From positions 930,001 to 994,000 of the forward strand of contig NW_026782129.1 of assembly GCF_031769215.1 (NCBI RefSeq): 64,000 nt of DNA. Direction: 5' to 3'. A program made the translations under genes and the position numbers. Below the pieces are notes generated by a model. That model had not been told where the DNA came from, searched no databases, and saw only the letters and a program-made list of their open reading frames with translations. The first letter of the stretch is position 1. Each line of letters starts with the position of its first letter. The DNA is from Ylistrum balloti. Taxonomy: Eukaryota. Shown piece by piece: positions 12,896 through 26,190 of the stretch.

Positions 12896-14189
12896 TATAT
12901 CTGCGAAAGTACTCAGCCAACCACATGAGTACATAAACAAATCACTGCAAGAAAAATGTTTTTTAACTTGCGGAAATAATGAACAAAATTAGGGTGGGAT
13001 TAAAATCAACAACAAAAAGATCAAGCAAGGCCGACACAATGAAGAAACCACGAATGTGGTTGATGTCATGATGGACGAACGATTCAGCTAAGGAAGATAA
13101 TACCATTGGTCATAGTTTTGGGAGACAAAAAACAAACTAACACTGCTCCTGCAAGTGTAAGAATGGATAAAAAAATCACTAGACCTATCCAGAGAGTAGA
13201 AATATTCATAAACCTTACAAAACTACATAGAATGAATAAGGAGAAGTCACTAGACATATTCAGAGAGTAAAAGTATTCATAATCTTACCCGTACGTTATA
13301 TGTATTAACTAGTGTACAATTTGAAATTTAAAGGCAATTTGAAACATAATGACGTTAAAAGAGAATATCGTGGAATCCGACAAAACAAAAGCAAAAGGAG
13401 ATCATCTCATAATATTTTTGTGTGTAAAGTTGTCCAAACAGCTTTGATATAAACAACTCACTGCTTAATTTTGAAGTTTTATTATTCTGGAACATCACAC
13501 CTACTGATATTGTGGAATCACAACACGAAAGCAATTAGTTGGTCAACCTATTGAACTTCTGTAAAAGAATAGCACATGTTTAAAGAAGATCTGTAATTGC
13601 TTCCTTCGTCAGCATGTTCGCCAATTAACAAGATTAAGTGAGATTCTTGAATGAGTTTTTATAAATTAGGAAAAAACGGAGGAGGAAGTAATTTACAATC
13701 CGTGATAAGGAAACAATGACCATTTAGTGTTGACTTTCGATCCGAAAACAACCTTGACCAGCCAAACTTTCACTAGTGACTATGCGGCCATCAGGGGTAA
13801 AGTCTCCGTTCTAAACACTAACAAACTAGCATTACAGATCAAGTTAAAGAATATATACCAGTGAGCAAAGCAAGAACAAGGACAACAACATAACCATATA
13901 TCAATAAAGAAGCATTTAAGACAATTAAAGTCAAACACCAAAACATTGAATATATTCATTGCGGAAAGAGAATGAACCAAGCATTGTTTGCTGTTGGAAT
14001 TACACTCCAAAGTTACAAAAGAGAAATAGCGAGTTACATCAACCTGAATATGAAACCTTTCTTGAATTATGTACAAAACAGTTGTAGGTGCAGTTTAAAT
14101 CATAGTTTGTCTTTACTGTATCTAAATATAATTTGAAATTAAAGGTGCTAATCACCCATGTGTCCTTTGTTTGTTCAGTCTACGAGATT

Positions 14190-14460
14190 GCAGGTGGTAG
14201 ACACTGCTAGTGGACTTTTAGTCTCTAGGGTTTGCATACAACGTTTGTTTTATTTCTTTCCAATAATTGCATGATTCAGAAAATACATATGAACTTTACT
14301 TTGTTCTAATGGTATAAGATGTATGGAAACTGGAATTTATTTAATTATGGGGGTTTTGATTTTTCTTCCGATTACTGATTTTCCGCATTCGCCTCCAAGG
14401 TTTCAAAATGTATCCAGTTAGTATCACTGACGAGTCCTAGCGGAACAAAACAGGGGAGCT
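14190..14460 (+). mobile_element. Hammerhead-bearing repeat copy
   Basis: Core at 14427-14454 reads ATCA CTGACGA GTCC TAGC GGAAC AAAAC AGG, with an intact CTGANGA. The body is homologous to 11340-11580. Confidence 0.65.
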
Positions 14461-16199
14461 AACTATCAATGTTATTGAGACCACTAATGTTCTGAATGTC
14501 TGTTGTATTGGCATTCGCCCTACGATGCTTTACAGGAAGAAACTACCAATTTGCACTCTCGGACATAACATATATAAAAGGTGACGTAGAGAAATCAAGA
14601 AACTTAACCATAACATATCAACCAGACCAGATGACCTCTATCCAAAGCTTTTAAGTAAAATGTCGAACTTTTTCTCAGAATCACTCACAAGTTAATCCAG
14701 TAAGGACATCTACCAGCAGAATAGTTGATGGCAAATGTTTGTTCAATTGCAAAATAGGCTCGACCAAATCTCCAGTGTAAAATGTAAAGTGCTTCAACGC
14801 AAAGTACTTAAGGATAAAAGCAATTTATTATTTTTTTTAAAGTCAACACGATTCAGAGCACGAAATCAATTACCACTCAAATCCTGGAAGTTACAGGTGA
14901 TTGGAAAGCCGCTATGGAAAAGTTACAGATCAACAACGCTTTTGACACGTGATGCGTAGGTTACTGAAAGAAGTTGAAAGCTACAGATATCAAATGAAAA
15001 GTACACAACTGGATAAAAATTTACTGATTAACAAGAAACATAGAATAACCATAAATTACTTTCTTCAAAAATACCGAAAGCGGTGTTATCGGGCTACTTG
15101 TGTTCCATATTTAGATAGCCGTACACAGTTTCTCGGTGTGGCCATGGGTGATTTTTTTTGCTCATTAGATTACCCCATTACAAAGGTTTTAATTAAAAAT
15201 GAAAAAAAAAATCCTTGCTAAAATTGGTCCTGTCATGTTTAGGTGGACAATGTGGGGTTTCATTTTTTTCAGGATAATATTTTAGTTTTGTGTTGGAGAT
15301 TACTATTTGGGCAGTCTCGAATCTGTGTCTACGCACCAAAAACTAGCTTTACAGGAAGTGAAAGTTTCATAGTGTTTACATGTGGTCATGTTATGAAGGA
15401 TTTCCGAGTTGGAATTTGCTGAAATGTAAGTACGTTGTTACCACGACGTTGTTTTTGCTTTTAAGATAGGTGTTTAGAGTTAAATCTAGAAAGTTGTAGT
15501 GTTAGGTTGAAATTAGAAGTATTTTTGTATTTTTTCAGTAGGTAACCATGACAATCAAATGTCAGAAATCAAAGGAAATTTTTGATTTACACAAATTTCA
15601 TCTCTCTACTATTAATGTAATTGTTATGTAGTTTATAAATATATATACATGTAATGATGTATTTTTCATAACCAATCTGCTATACCTTTATATCTCAAAC
15701 ATGACCAATGATTTCAGGAAAAATGCAAATTAACTGTTTCCTGCTACCTTGCATCAATGACATGCCGGAAGCAGTTGACTTTATCATAACATTATATGCT
15801 GACGACAGTAAGTATCAGCAATGGATGATATATTTATTCTATAAATAACATCGGGACTGCTAACAACTTCTGTAAATATTTCGTGAGGGATTTATTTTCG
15901 CGTTTATATGCAAGACAATGACATCCATGTTGGTTTAGTTACTGGTATCAGGTACTGAAGAGTCCAGGTCTCTCATAACTGAATTGAAAATAATTTCTAG
16001 ATCAACGTTCATATATTCGTGAATATACCTGAAGAGTTACGTTCGCGAAGTAAAAGTATTTGTGAAGGATTTACAGTACGTGGATGGAATGAAACGCCTG
16101 ATGAATCTGAATTTGGGAAATTCTAAACATATGGAGCTATAACAAATACTATCAGTACAACATTTTTGACCATTCAGAGGCCAAGACTGTGTTGTCACA

Positions 16200-16620
16200 G
16201 TGACTGGTTTTGAAATACCTGATAAATTTCAAGTCAGTTGGATGCTCGACAAACAACGATTTCTCAAAATGCATAGCCGGACAAATTTGACTCAGGAGGG
16301 CTCCTTGAGGAAGAGAAATGCAAAGTCACTTCAGGGGCATATCTCCACATTGTACTGACCATTCCCCAAAATATTTTTAAAATCCGTTGTAAACTGGGTG
16401 AATGCAATGATTCCATTACACCAAACTTTGTTGCGGAGGTATAATGATTAATTTCAGAAGTGAACCCGATACAGAATATAACATGCAACTCCATTACTGT
16501 GAGGTTTCTATACAGAATACTAATTTCAGAAGTCCGATACGGACTATAACATACAAATCCATTACTGCGGGGTATCCATTTTAAGTTCTCCTCGCTGTGT
16601 TTATGCAGAATAGTTATTGT
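16200..16620 (-). pseudogene. Possible highly decayed reverse-transcriptase fragment (Penelope-like)
   Basis: Across frames: TSEISILYRNL (cf. TxDVxSLYTNI), LPQGALLSQI...HFEK...LKFIRYF (cf. RT motifs before YxDD). It contains multiple stops and lacks the catalytic DD. Confidence 0.25.
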
Positions 16621-17532
16621 AAGCAAAACACCCTATACCAACAATAGTATACTATTCTGCTTTTGGAACATAATTATTTGCCTGCAGTTTCCAAATGAAA
16701 TTATCCCGTCATAGGATGTCTGTTACACCTTTCCCATCCATCGTCATTCAAGACCTCTCACAAGCGTCTATTCAAGCAAGGTAGAGCTATTTTACATAAA
16801 ATGACAGTTTATTACGAATTTGTTGTAAAACAAATAAAGTTTATATTTTCATCTTCATCCATATTCTACTTATTCTATATATATTAACTGGTAGAGGAAA
16901 TCGATCATCAGCGAATATCAATTAGTGTTAACAGCGGGTTTTATTGTGTAATTAATTAAGTAAGTAGGTGATGCGGAGGATGCACTCTCCATATGTGAAC
17001 ATAGGAATGGAAGTTCTATATTTCCCCAATCCGCAAATACATATCTCAATTAATATTTAACATTGGAGATAAAAGTACTGTTTCTTTGAAATAGAACTGA
17101 TTTGACTTTCTTGCTTCATCGGAAATTAGCGCAGCAAGTTTCTCTCGGGGAGTAAAATCAGACAGGAAACATCTTTCTCAAAGTATCACATTACAAAATA
17201 TTACGTGATATGCTTGTCAGAACTGATCTCCATTGTTATATAAGTGATCAGCGAATCAACCAACTTGATCAATAATGTGTCTGTTTACATGTTGGGGCGC
17301 CGCTTTACTATTTATTTCATTTAAAAGATATCACTAATTCATTATGATGATACCAGAGAGATAGCATTAATTCTATATAGTAATATCCTTAATGCGTTAA
17401 AGTGATTTCATCAATACTTCATACCTTTTTGTAATAATGAAATAAATATAATAGATTGGTGATATTACCTCATCGTTTTAGTGGTATCAACAAAAAGTAG
17501 CGCGAGTAAAACGGCGTCCCATAGCTGCCAAC

Positions 17533-17702
17533 TATAAATAAATGTTTGCGAAATTTGCCTCTACACACGCGTAACGTGTACACAAACAGTGGTGTGCAGA
17601 TCACGCGGCATCCCACGAACAGTAAACCTGTGAGGTACAGTTTTGACTGACAGAGGCGATCTTTTCACACAGGACATCATCGCAGAGAGAAGGGTCCCAC
17701 AG
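17533..17702 (+). promoter_or_regulatory. Candidate promoter and non-coding first exon of paralogue A
   Basis: TATAAATA at 17533, a CpG-richer stretch, and a strong donor CAG|GTAAGT at 17703. An acceptor TTCTAG lies 10 nt before the ATG at 20058. The linkage between them is inferred. Confidence 0.35.
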
Positions 17703-20057
17703 GTAAGTAAACTGGACATCATATTTTTTACTATTTCTTACCGTAATGTCTATAATTTCGTTACTCAACGTGAAATTTCGGGTTTAGATATCATCCCTCG
17801 ATTGCATACGCTTTTTCTGAGTGTGCAAAAATAGGTCAAATATTTTCCCAAGATCTGTTGGTTAGAAATACTTGTATGTACGACCAATGCAGGACATAAT
17901 ACACACCAGCGAGGAATGTTGCTCGGAGTGATATATTGGAAATTCCACTGTGTTGTGATGCTCGTCTACAACTAACCATCACTGGTATCAAATTAAGTTC
18001 ATTTCAAACGTTATTTTCTGAATAGCCCTCAAGTAATGTATTTCTAAAACCCCTGACATTTACTGTAGTCAATAACTTCTCAATAAAGGATGTGTATAAA
18101 ATTTTGCCATACAGCGTCCTATGTCTGTTGGGGGACCACACTATCTGACATGTACACAAACGATCGTGTGTGCATGAACGCAGCACTGCTGTGATACATC
18201 TTAATCCATGTAAAACTCGGCCAACATCTCAATGATACACTGTACAGTTGGGGCGTAACCGATTTGGCGTTTTAGGATATATTTCAAGAGGAGATGATAA
18301 ATAATGTTTCCATTAGGACAAATCCTAAGTATACATCGAGTATGAGTACGTTTGGAATCGCCAACAATGGATGTCTGATTAGCCAAAATTTTATTAAAAT
18401 CTCCCCCTAGACTTTTTAATGATATTCTATGACAAAGATACCATGTAATAACTATAGTAAAACAATTACATTTAATTCTCTTTACACATGTCGGATCTAT
18501 GATTGGCTGAAGGGTCACATTTTTCAAATGTGACATACTCTTTAATAACAGCATGAGACAGAAGTGAGAATATTACCAGTTCAAAGTTTACATTAGACTA
18601 ATAAAGCGCTGCTTTGTTTAAACGAGTATTTGCAAAAGTAACTACATTGTATGTGATGTGATAGAAAGAATCTCATACCCTTTCCCGTTTTATATGAAGT
18701 TTTTGTAACTCGTCACGATTATTTTTCATCTTATCGAGTCTCTGACTATAAGACTCGTTTTTTTATCTCACGTGGAGGGACAATTATGTAAGATCTATCG
18801 TATATGTGATAAAGTGTAAATAATTCACACTCTCGTTAGTTAAGTTACTGTCTTTATTCTTATTATAGATTGTTTAGTGAAGTGAGATTACAATACCAAC
18901 ACATGTGTGGTCACATAGTCAACGGTAATTATGACTGTTGGGGACTGGCTACTCGGCTAATAGAGGATGTAAACGTCCAGTGACAGTTATGGTCACCCAT
19001 TCCTTATCGTTGAAACTACGTTACACTGGGTATTGTATCCGATCAGTAGGGGTTGAACAGCAGATGTTTCATCTGCCATGTCAAATAGGTCCCACGTTAC
19101 CTCTGTAAAAGCGTGGGAAATGACAGTTAAAATACCACTTCCCATCACTTCTCGAGACTAGCCGTATTTTCTCAGTTTTCGCTTATACAAATGTTGTCAC
19201 CATGCGTAATATATGTACCACAATTCATGCGAATCAGAAGATCAAGGTCTCGTCGTAAACTGAAGCCACTTATATATATGTGATAAATGCCATAGTAAAT
19301 TTTCCAAATTCTGGAAAAAATCTTAGAATGCAAATGTTTCAAACAGAGTTTATTGAGATTAGAAAATTCAGAAACGTGAAATCTAATTGACTAAATCCCT
19401 ATTTACATTCCATGAATAAAGAACGATGTGCTTTCGATGGGTTTTGTTTAAAACCAATATTTGTCATTTTATATCAAAACACTACGATTCTGATGATATA
19501 CGCAAAAACAATGTTTTTGTTTTGCTTTTGTGATTAACGCCCTTGTCAAATGAGGACAGTCGCGCATGTCAAGAGGGAAACATTAAGTATAATGCATAGC
19601 ACAGAATCATTCATAGTGTCAGAATGCTTACAGCAGAGCTATTTTGATCTCTTCCTGTCTCCCGGAACCTAATGGTCACAAACTTGAAAAGTGATATATA
19701 TTCTTAAACATCCTCTTTGGGTCTATACCAGTCGTCCTGGTGCGGTTTCTTTAATTATGGAACTATGAGACTATTAAGACTAAGGAGTCTTTGCTATCTT
19801 TAAAGAGCCATATGTGTTCATTTTCATTTTGTTTTCGTGGCTTACTTGCTTACTTCTATGGATAACTTGAGTATATCGATAACATCGTTTGCCGAAATAT
19901 CGATATTTAACATGAAGTTTTGTTAATATGCATAAAGAGATATCGAAGCCGTGTAACACATTTTTGTGGGAAAGTTATATTTAGAAATGTTCAAAAGAGA
20001 ATTGTACTTCACCTGTTCAATTAACAAACACTTTAATAAATTTCTAGATTTCCAAAG

Positions 20058-21527
20058 ATGGCGGAACATAATTGTCCACGTATAGCTGTGATCATCGTCA
20101 CAGTCTTTGTGTACATCGTCATGATAGCCTTTAATGCTTTATCTGGAGCTGGCGGACAAGCGCTGGGTAAGTAAATCTAAAATCGCTTTGTATATGAACA
20201 ACAACAAACAAACAAACGTTAGATACTATCATTGAAAACTCAAACAATACAAAAACAAAATGCTAAGAAGATAAACGAACCTGATCTGTACCAACGTGTT
20301 TTGATAACGATCAGTTGAAGGGATATGCTGTGAAATGCTGCTAATTAATATCCAAAACGTACAATTTCAGAAATACGTAGAAATATTATCCTTCATTACT
20401 AGCTATAACAAATAATAAATTGCAAAGCAAAAGATTGATAGATATCCATATAAAATCAAATTATTTCAGAAACAATCGTAAAATCTTGCATATTTTAATT
20501 TCTGGGAGTAAGTGAAGTGCCCTTTCGGTCAAAGTTCATGTTATCAACCAATCAAATAACCGGAAGGTCACACAAATGTCTCAGAGTGGAATATGAGAAT
20601 AAGAAGGTGTTTTATTTGAAATTTATGAAACTGCAACAGAAAGTTCTGCAATAGTCGATTAATGTTTAAGTCCACAAAATACTTCACCTGTATTTGTTTA
20701 TTGTATTTACAGGGATATTCAACAGCACTGTCGGTGACGTCTCCGATATTTTCTATCTCGAGGTGACTCCCGCGGGCTGGACGTTCAGTATCTGGGGCTT
20801 CATATACACATGGCAGGCCCTCTGGCTCATCTACGCCCTCACCACCATCTGTCGTAAAACTAAATCTGGAACCTACATCTACCAACTTCCGGTTCTTCCT
20901 CCAATAATATATGTATTGTACATTTTCAATAACATTTGCCTTGTCTCGTGGTTGTTTGTCTGGGATAGGAAAGAACTTATTTGGGCTTTAGTTACAATTG
21001 CCTTACTTCCTATCACTCTCGCTATAGCCCTCTTCTTTTCGTTCCGAAGGCTGTATCACAACCTCGAAGAACTTACAGAAGATGAGGCTGTCCGAGACAT
21101 CTGGCTCATACGTTTCTTGGTACAAAATGGCATGGCTTTCTTTGGTGCATGGGTAACCATAGCTACACTACTGAACGCTGCCATGGTGATGACCTACAGA
21201 GGTAACCTTACGAATGAAGATGCTTGCACAACTGCCTTGGGTATTTTGTCCTGCATCATTGTCACATGGTTTCTCCTTGACAATACAATACTGGACCGAT
21301 ATGTACGGTACACTTTCAGCCCCTACATTACACTTACTATTGGACTCAGTGGTGCCGTCGCTAAGAATTATGACATTCAACTTCATTATAGAAATTCCAT
21401 CTTTTTGTTGACTCTTCTTGTTGTCGCTGCGGTGATGCTTATTACCAAATTCCATATCATGATATTTCGCCATTTTCGGAAGCCTATTTCTTCTAAAATG
21501 CAATATAACATGAATGCTGAAATTTAA
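20058..21527 (+). CDS. Uncharacterised ~8-TM membrane protein with TspO/MBR-like N-terminal half, paralogue A, 307 aa
   Basis: join(20058..20166,20713..21527), phase-1 intron GTAAGT...TTTACAG. It begins MAEHNCPRIAVIIVTVFVYIVMIAFNALSGAGGQALG|IFNSTVGDVSDIFYLEVTPAGWTFSIWGFIY. Eight hydrophobic segments, and four homologues in this window. Confidence 0.92.
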
Positions 21528-21624
21528 GTAGTCACTCTGTTTATTTTTTTCTTGTCATTTTGAAGTAAATTGAGAACAGATATTTATCGTCTGTTCTGTG
21601 TAAGGAACATGGATTTCTAAAATT

Positions 21625-21776
21625 ACCGTTAAGTGGCTTGCCCCAAGATCGGTCAGTCTCTCAGCTTCCTGAGAAACTCAAACCGCCATGGTAGGTAGTC
21701 TCACCACACACCTCAGATCTCCACCTTGTTATGAATATCTAGGCCAACGCTCTATCAACCCAGCTGTTGTAGCCTC
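21625..21776 (-). mobile_element. tRNA-derived SINE remnant with CORE-like motif
   Basis: Minus strand: AGCTGGGTTGATAGAGCGTTGGCC (A-box-like), GGTTTGAGT (B-box-like), CTTGGGGCAAGCCACTTAAC (resembles the CORE-SINE CTTGGGCAAGTCACTTAAC). Confidence 0.5.
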
Positions 21777-21993
21777 AAAGATATTTTTGTATGATAATTA
21801 TTACTTTATTGTCGACTACTTGACGACATGTCCTTAGGAACAAAGAACATGTGATGGTTGATGGTTAATGTTATGTAAAACATACCTTAAGGAGCACTAA
21901 ATGTGTACCAGGTAAAGAATCAGTCATCGGACCACTGTATATTTTGTATATGACGTTTTTAACTCTTTTAGTTTAGCTATATTCGTCTTTGTA

Positions 21994-22172
21994 CGGAAGC
22001 CGGTTCGTGCAAGTATTTTTTCTCGTAATTACGACTTAATTATCTCGTAATTACGACTTAATTATCTTGTAAGTACGACTTAGGTATCTCATTTTTTCGA
22101 CCTCACTATGACGTAACTAAGTCTTAATTACGAGATAAAAAAAATACTTCAAGTGGCACTTACTGGCTTCCG
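21994..22172. mobile_element. MITE with TA target-site duplication and internal 22-bp tandem repeats
   Basis: TA|CGGAAGCC...GGCTTCCG|TA termini. The imperfect inverted arms extend through AAGTATTTTTT and CTCGTAATTA. About 4 copies of TCTCGTAATTACGACTTAATTA start at 22021, 22043, 22065 and 22087. Confidence 0.85.
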
Positions 22173-24089
22173 TAATTTAGTGAGCCACAGTATTTTTATT
22201 CGAAAACAAAGATACAACTTGTGCGAGATATACTTAAAGTACATCTTGACGCATTGGGTAGTAGGGCATTATTATCAATGACTAGAAGCTTCAGCTGTTA
22301 ATCCAAGATGGAAGGATAATTTGCTGATATTACAAGTATGAATGTCATCTGAAAGCCGTATATTATTTATATATCAGTTTCATAAATATCTTTTATGCCA
22401 TGTGAAATTTGAACCTAGGCGTTTAACACGATAGATTATGTAACGTTTATGTGCATTTCGTTGGATAAAATATTGAGATTCAGATGTGTTGACCTTTACG
22501 TTTGTTTGGTGTCAGATATGATGACGTGAATAATGTAACTTTGGTATGGTCATGTAAATGCCGGTTGGAAATTGATATTTGATGATAACAGCTAGACCTC
22601 TGTATCAAACTTATAAGGTATCAATATGGTATCCTAGATCACTACATCATCGTTACCTATTTCCCGATGGGATTTGTGCATTAATGCTAACTGAGTTAAT
22701 GAATGTAAAAGTTTGGTGACTTCTTCATTTTTCAACGTTTTGCGAAATATGTATTATTTCATCAAATTTCTTAACCGACATTTTTTCCCATAGTTTTTTT
22801 TTATTATTGTTATAATTTTCAATCGGATGATTCCAAATCTTGTACCCAGCTTCATTTCGGTTTTGTCAAGGGCAGTAATACAAGCGAGATTTCAATATAC
22901 TCACATTTTTAGAGAGTTACTATTCATACCGGAGAAAATACTGCTATTTGATTTCATTTTGCTTTTAGATTCAATTCAAATGTTTGTTAGAGTGACAAGC
23001 TTCAGAATAAAAAAAAATAAACACTGTTTATGTGTAAAATTTCATATACATCTCTCTTCTCAGTTAGTGTCAGTGAAGTTTATTTAATTATATGAATCTC
23101 CAGTTTGTATAACATGCAGTTGACACTTGCCACATATAGTTTTGCTGTTTTCAGCAATGACGGAAAACAGCTGTATTTTAGCACGTGTGGTAATTCGATA
23201 GAATTACTCTCTGAATTTACTTAAAAATTACGTTAAAAATATGAATTATTTATAAAAAAAGGCGTTATTATATGTTGTAATTAACACTTTTATTTAGGAA
23301 AATTCATAAAATCGTTGTCATATCCGTTGAAGTTTGTCTTCCTTCTTCCTAGCCAAAATACAGCTTATATTTTAAGACACTGTTCATGTACATTTATTCT
23401 CTATATACCTGATGTGATATTACCATTATCATGCTTAAGATCAAACGCAATTTGTTTGAGAAGATATACATATATAGGCATGAACTGCCTTTTTCATTGC
23501 TTCACTCAACTCATTTATACACCATTTTAATGAAACATTCAAATAATCAAATCCAAGTAATTATATTTTACATTTGTTATATGATATATATTTTATTATA
23601 TTTTATTATATGCATACTGTATAACAAACAGATATCACAATTACTTCCAAATAATGAGTGACGAAGGTTTCCGAGTCTATAACCGAAAATACGTAAACAG
23701 GAAACCATATGTGTTCTTATCTTCATTAGTAAGAATTTGTGTTTTCAAACGTGTTTAGCAATATTCAGACCATGAATGCGTACATTTGTCAAATTTATTT
23801 GAATTGTTTAAAGTTTTAGTATGTTTTATTTCCATTTAAAAGCCTGAAAAGATAGTGTTTTGATTTCTGACGTCATTTTCTAATTGTCTGTTTCTTCTGT
23901 TCTAATACATTGTAAAACTTATACGGTGCCGGATATGATAAAGCATAGCTACATGTGTATACTTGTATTACGGAGAGGACATTGATAACAAGTGTCCTAT
24001 ACTTTTATATATTATTTATGTAATAAAAATGGTTTTAATTTCAGTGTTGTTTATGACTGAGTGAGGTGACATGGTTATGACATTTCAGT

Positions 24090-24917
24090 AGGATAACACT
24101 AGGAGTCCATCATTACCCCTATTATACGTGGACTCTGGCATCATATGTCCCATATTATCACTAGGACATATAACAATTTATCACATAACCGACCCGTTTT
24201 CCCATGTCATACGCCCATGTCATAATAATGGTAATACACATGTGTAATAAAGGTTTGGGGTCTGCTGATTGGTCAAAACCGTGGGAACGTATTCATACGC
24301 CAGCGCGCGTACTACTTTTATTTACTACGACAACAAACTGTAGTAGAATATGGCTGACCAGATCAACATTGGCGACACAGTTTTTATTGATAAGAAGGGG
24401 ACTGGTGTGGTGAAGGTGATATTCTTACGGGGGTTGCTGTATTTTATAATGTTGAATTGTGTGGGATTGACTTTCAAATTGAGCTTGAGCCGAACCTGAT
24501 GACCCGTGATGACGAGGTGAGGTGACGTCACGTTACCAATATCAAGTGAATTTCCAGATTTTTTTCGTTTTTTTTTGTAATTTTTAAAAGTTATTTTGAC
24601 ATTAAATAGAATTTAAATGCTTTACTTTGTCGATATTATTTTGGAACATAATCTCTTATTCAATCATTGAAAAAAGGTACTATTTGCAACACGGATGGGT
24701 AAAACTATGATTGCTGTGCGTTGGTTTTGACCTATATAGAAACAGCTGATTGCATAGTGGAAGTAAATCGTAGTTTTCTGGCGATTTTTGCATTTTAATT
24801 GGTTATGTGATAAATAGAATCTTACACTCGTGTCAAAGTATTATGGAATTTATTAAACTCGTTCCATAAATTGATATGCCACTCGCCGATTGACACTCAT
24901 GTAAGATCCTCTATTTA
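24090..24917. mobile_element. Non-autonomous DNA element with subterminal inverted repeats and a terminal fold-back (Crypton-like, tentative)
   Basis: Perfect 15-bp inverted repeat ATTTATCACATAACC (24176-24190) / GGTTATGTGATAAAT (24801-24815). Fold-back TAAATAGAATCTTACACTCGTGTCAA ... TTGACACTCATGTAAGATCCTCTATTTA at 24811-24917. GAGTCCA/TGGACTC hairpin at ~24103-24136. The superfamily is not established. Confidence 0.5.
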
Positions 24918-26190
24918 CCAACCTCCATTTGAAGAAATACGAAACCAAGCTGGACATCATTCGTGAAAGATTTATACAAAGACTGTCAAAATCAAATATC
25001 TAGTAACGGTTTCAGAAAACCATAGATTTTTTCTGTGTGCCTTTGTCCCAAATTTAACAATCAGAATAATCACATTCTTCAATTATTAAATCTTGATCCT
25101 CAGAAATACACCTAGGGATTTCCTAATTATTTCAGGAAGTACATGTAATTACCTTTACCTCCTTTTGTCGGATACTGATGATTCCATAAACAACATATTC
25201 TTTGATTAGCTTGTCTAGTAGTGCATTTACTTAATGCTTGTAAAACTGTTAAAAATATGGTCTGCGACTAAACAGTAGTCATTTTCCATTCAAGTCTCTC
25301 ATATTCTTATTTTCATTCACAACTTTCCTATATCTATTAAAGCGGCAGAAAAATAAACAAGAAAACTCTGTAATCAATTCAATGTATATATTACAAAATT
25401 TAATAATGCCATAAAAATGTACAAAACATATACATAAGTTATCTATAAGCTCTCAAATTTGTTTCTGTGAAAATATTGTTCCCCTACTTAATAACACAGG
25501 TACTTCACTTGTATAAGGGAGACAACCGCGACGTTACAGTTATATAAACAAGACGAGACAGTGGCTTAAATAACAGAGAAAATGAAATAAATTTACGATA
25601 TAACAAAAATACACGCAGACAATCGCATCTAATGAAGGTGGTCCTAACAGCGTTGACTTGGTACATGGTTCAGATTTAATACCAGCAACGTCAGACCGGT
25701 AAGACTAGAGCACCAAGTAGTATATCACGGAAAATATAGCAATTGTTCACATCTAGTAATACGTGAATGACATGCAGTATACACCTAAAGAAACGGATAA
25801 ACAATATACAAAACTGTCAACTAACATGTCACTCTACTTTAACAACCATTTAACACTATATGAAAACATCAACTCGTTAACTTGTTTCTCTTGAATCCTA
25901 CGATGGTATTCATTGTGAACAGATTATGCGATTTCCTTATTTGGAGAAAGTATTTGCAATGTCGAAATGACTTATAGCTAATACTTTTGCTGCATTTATG
26001 CAATAAAGTACGTTTAAATCAATCAAATATATATAAGGTAATGCAGACCTAGATTATGATGTTGTGTTATAAAAAGTATGTGATGTCGGACCAGAAGCGG
26101 AATAAAATTATTATTTTGTTCATTACACTTAAGAAAACAGCACATTTAAAGCACCGGTCTGAATGCAACTCAGGCCTTCAGTTGTGTCAC

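Noticed and set aside
13900-14130. Open plus-strand frame KEAFKTIKVKHQNIEYIHCGKRMNQALFAVG...
   Set aside because: It has an upstream in-frame stop, no clear splice sites and no recognisable family.
16095-16140. CTGATGA...GAATTT/AAATTC...TAAACATATG hammerhead-like string
   Set aside because: GAAA is mutated, four nucleotides are unpaired before helix II, and there is no second copy to support it.
18920-19170. Possible SINE body
   Set aside because: It looks repeat-like, but no A/B boxes or second copy could be identified.
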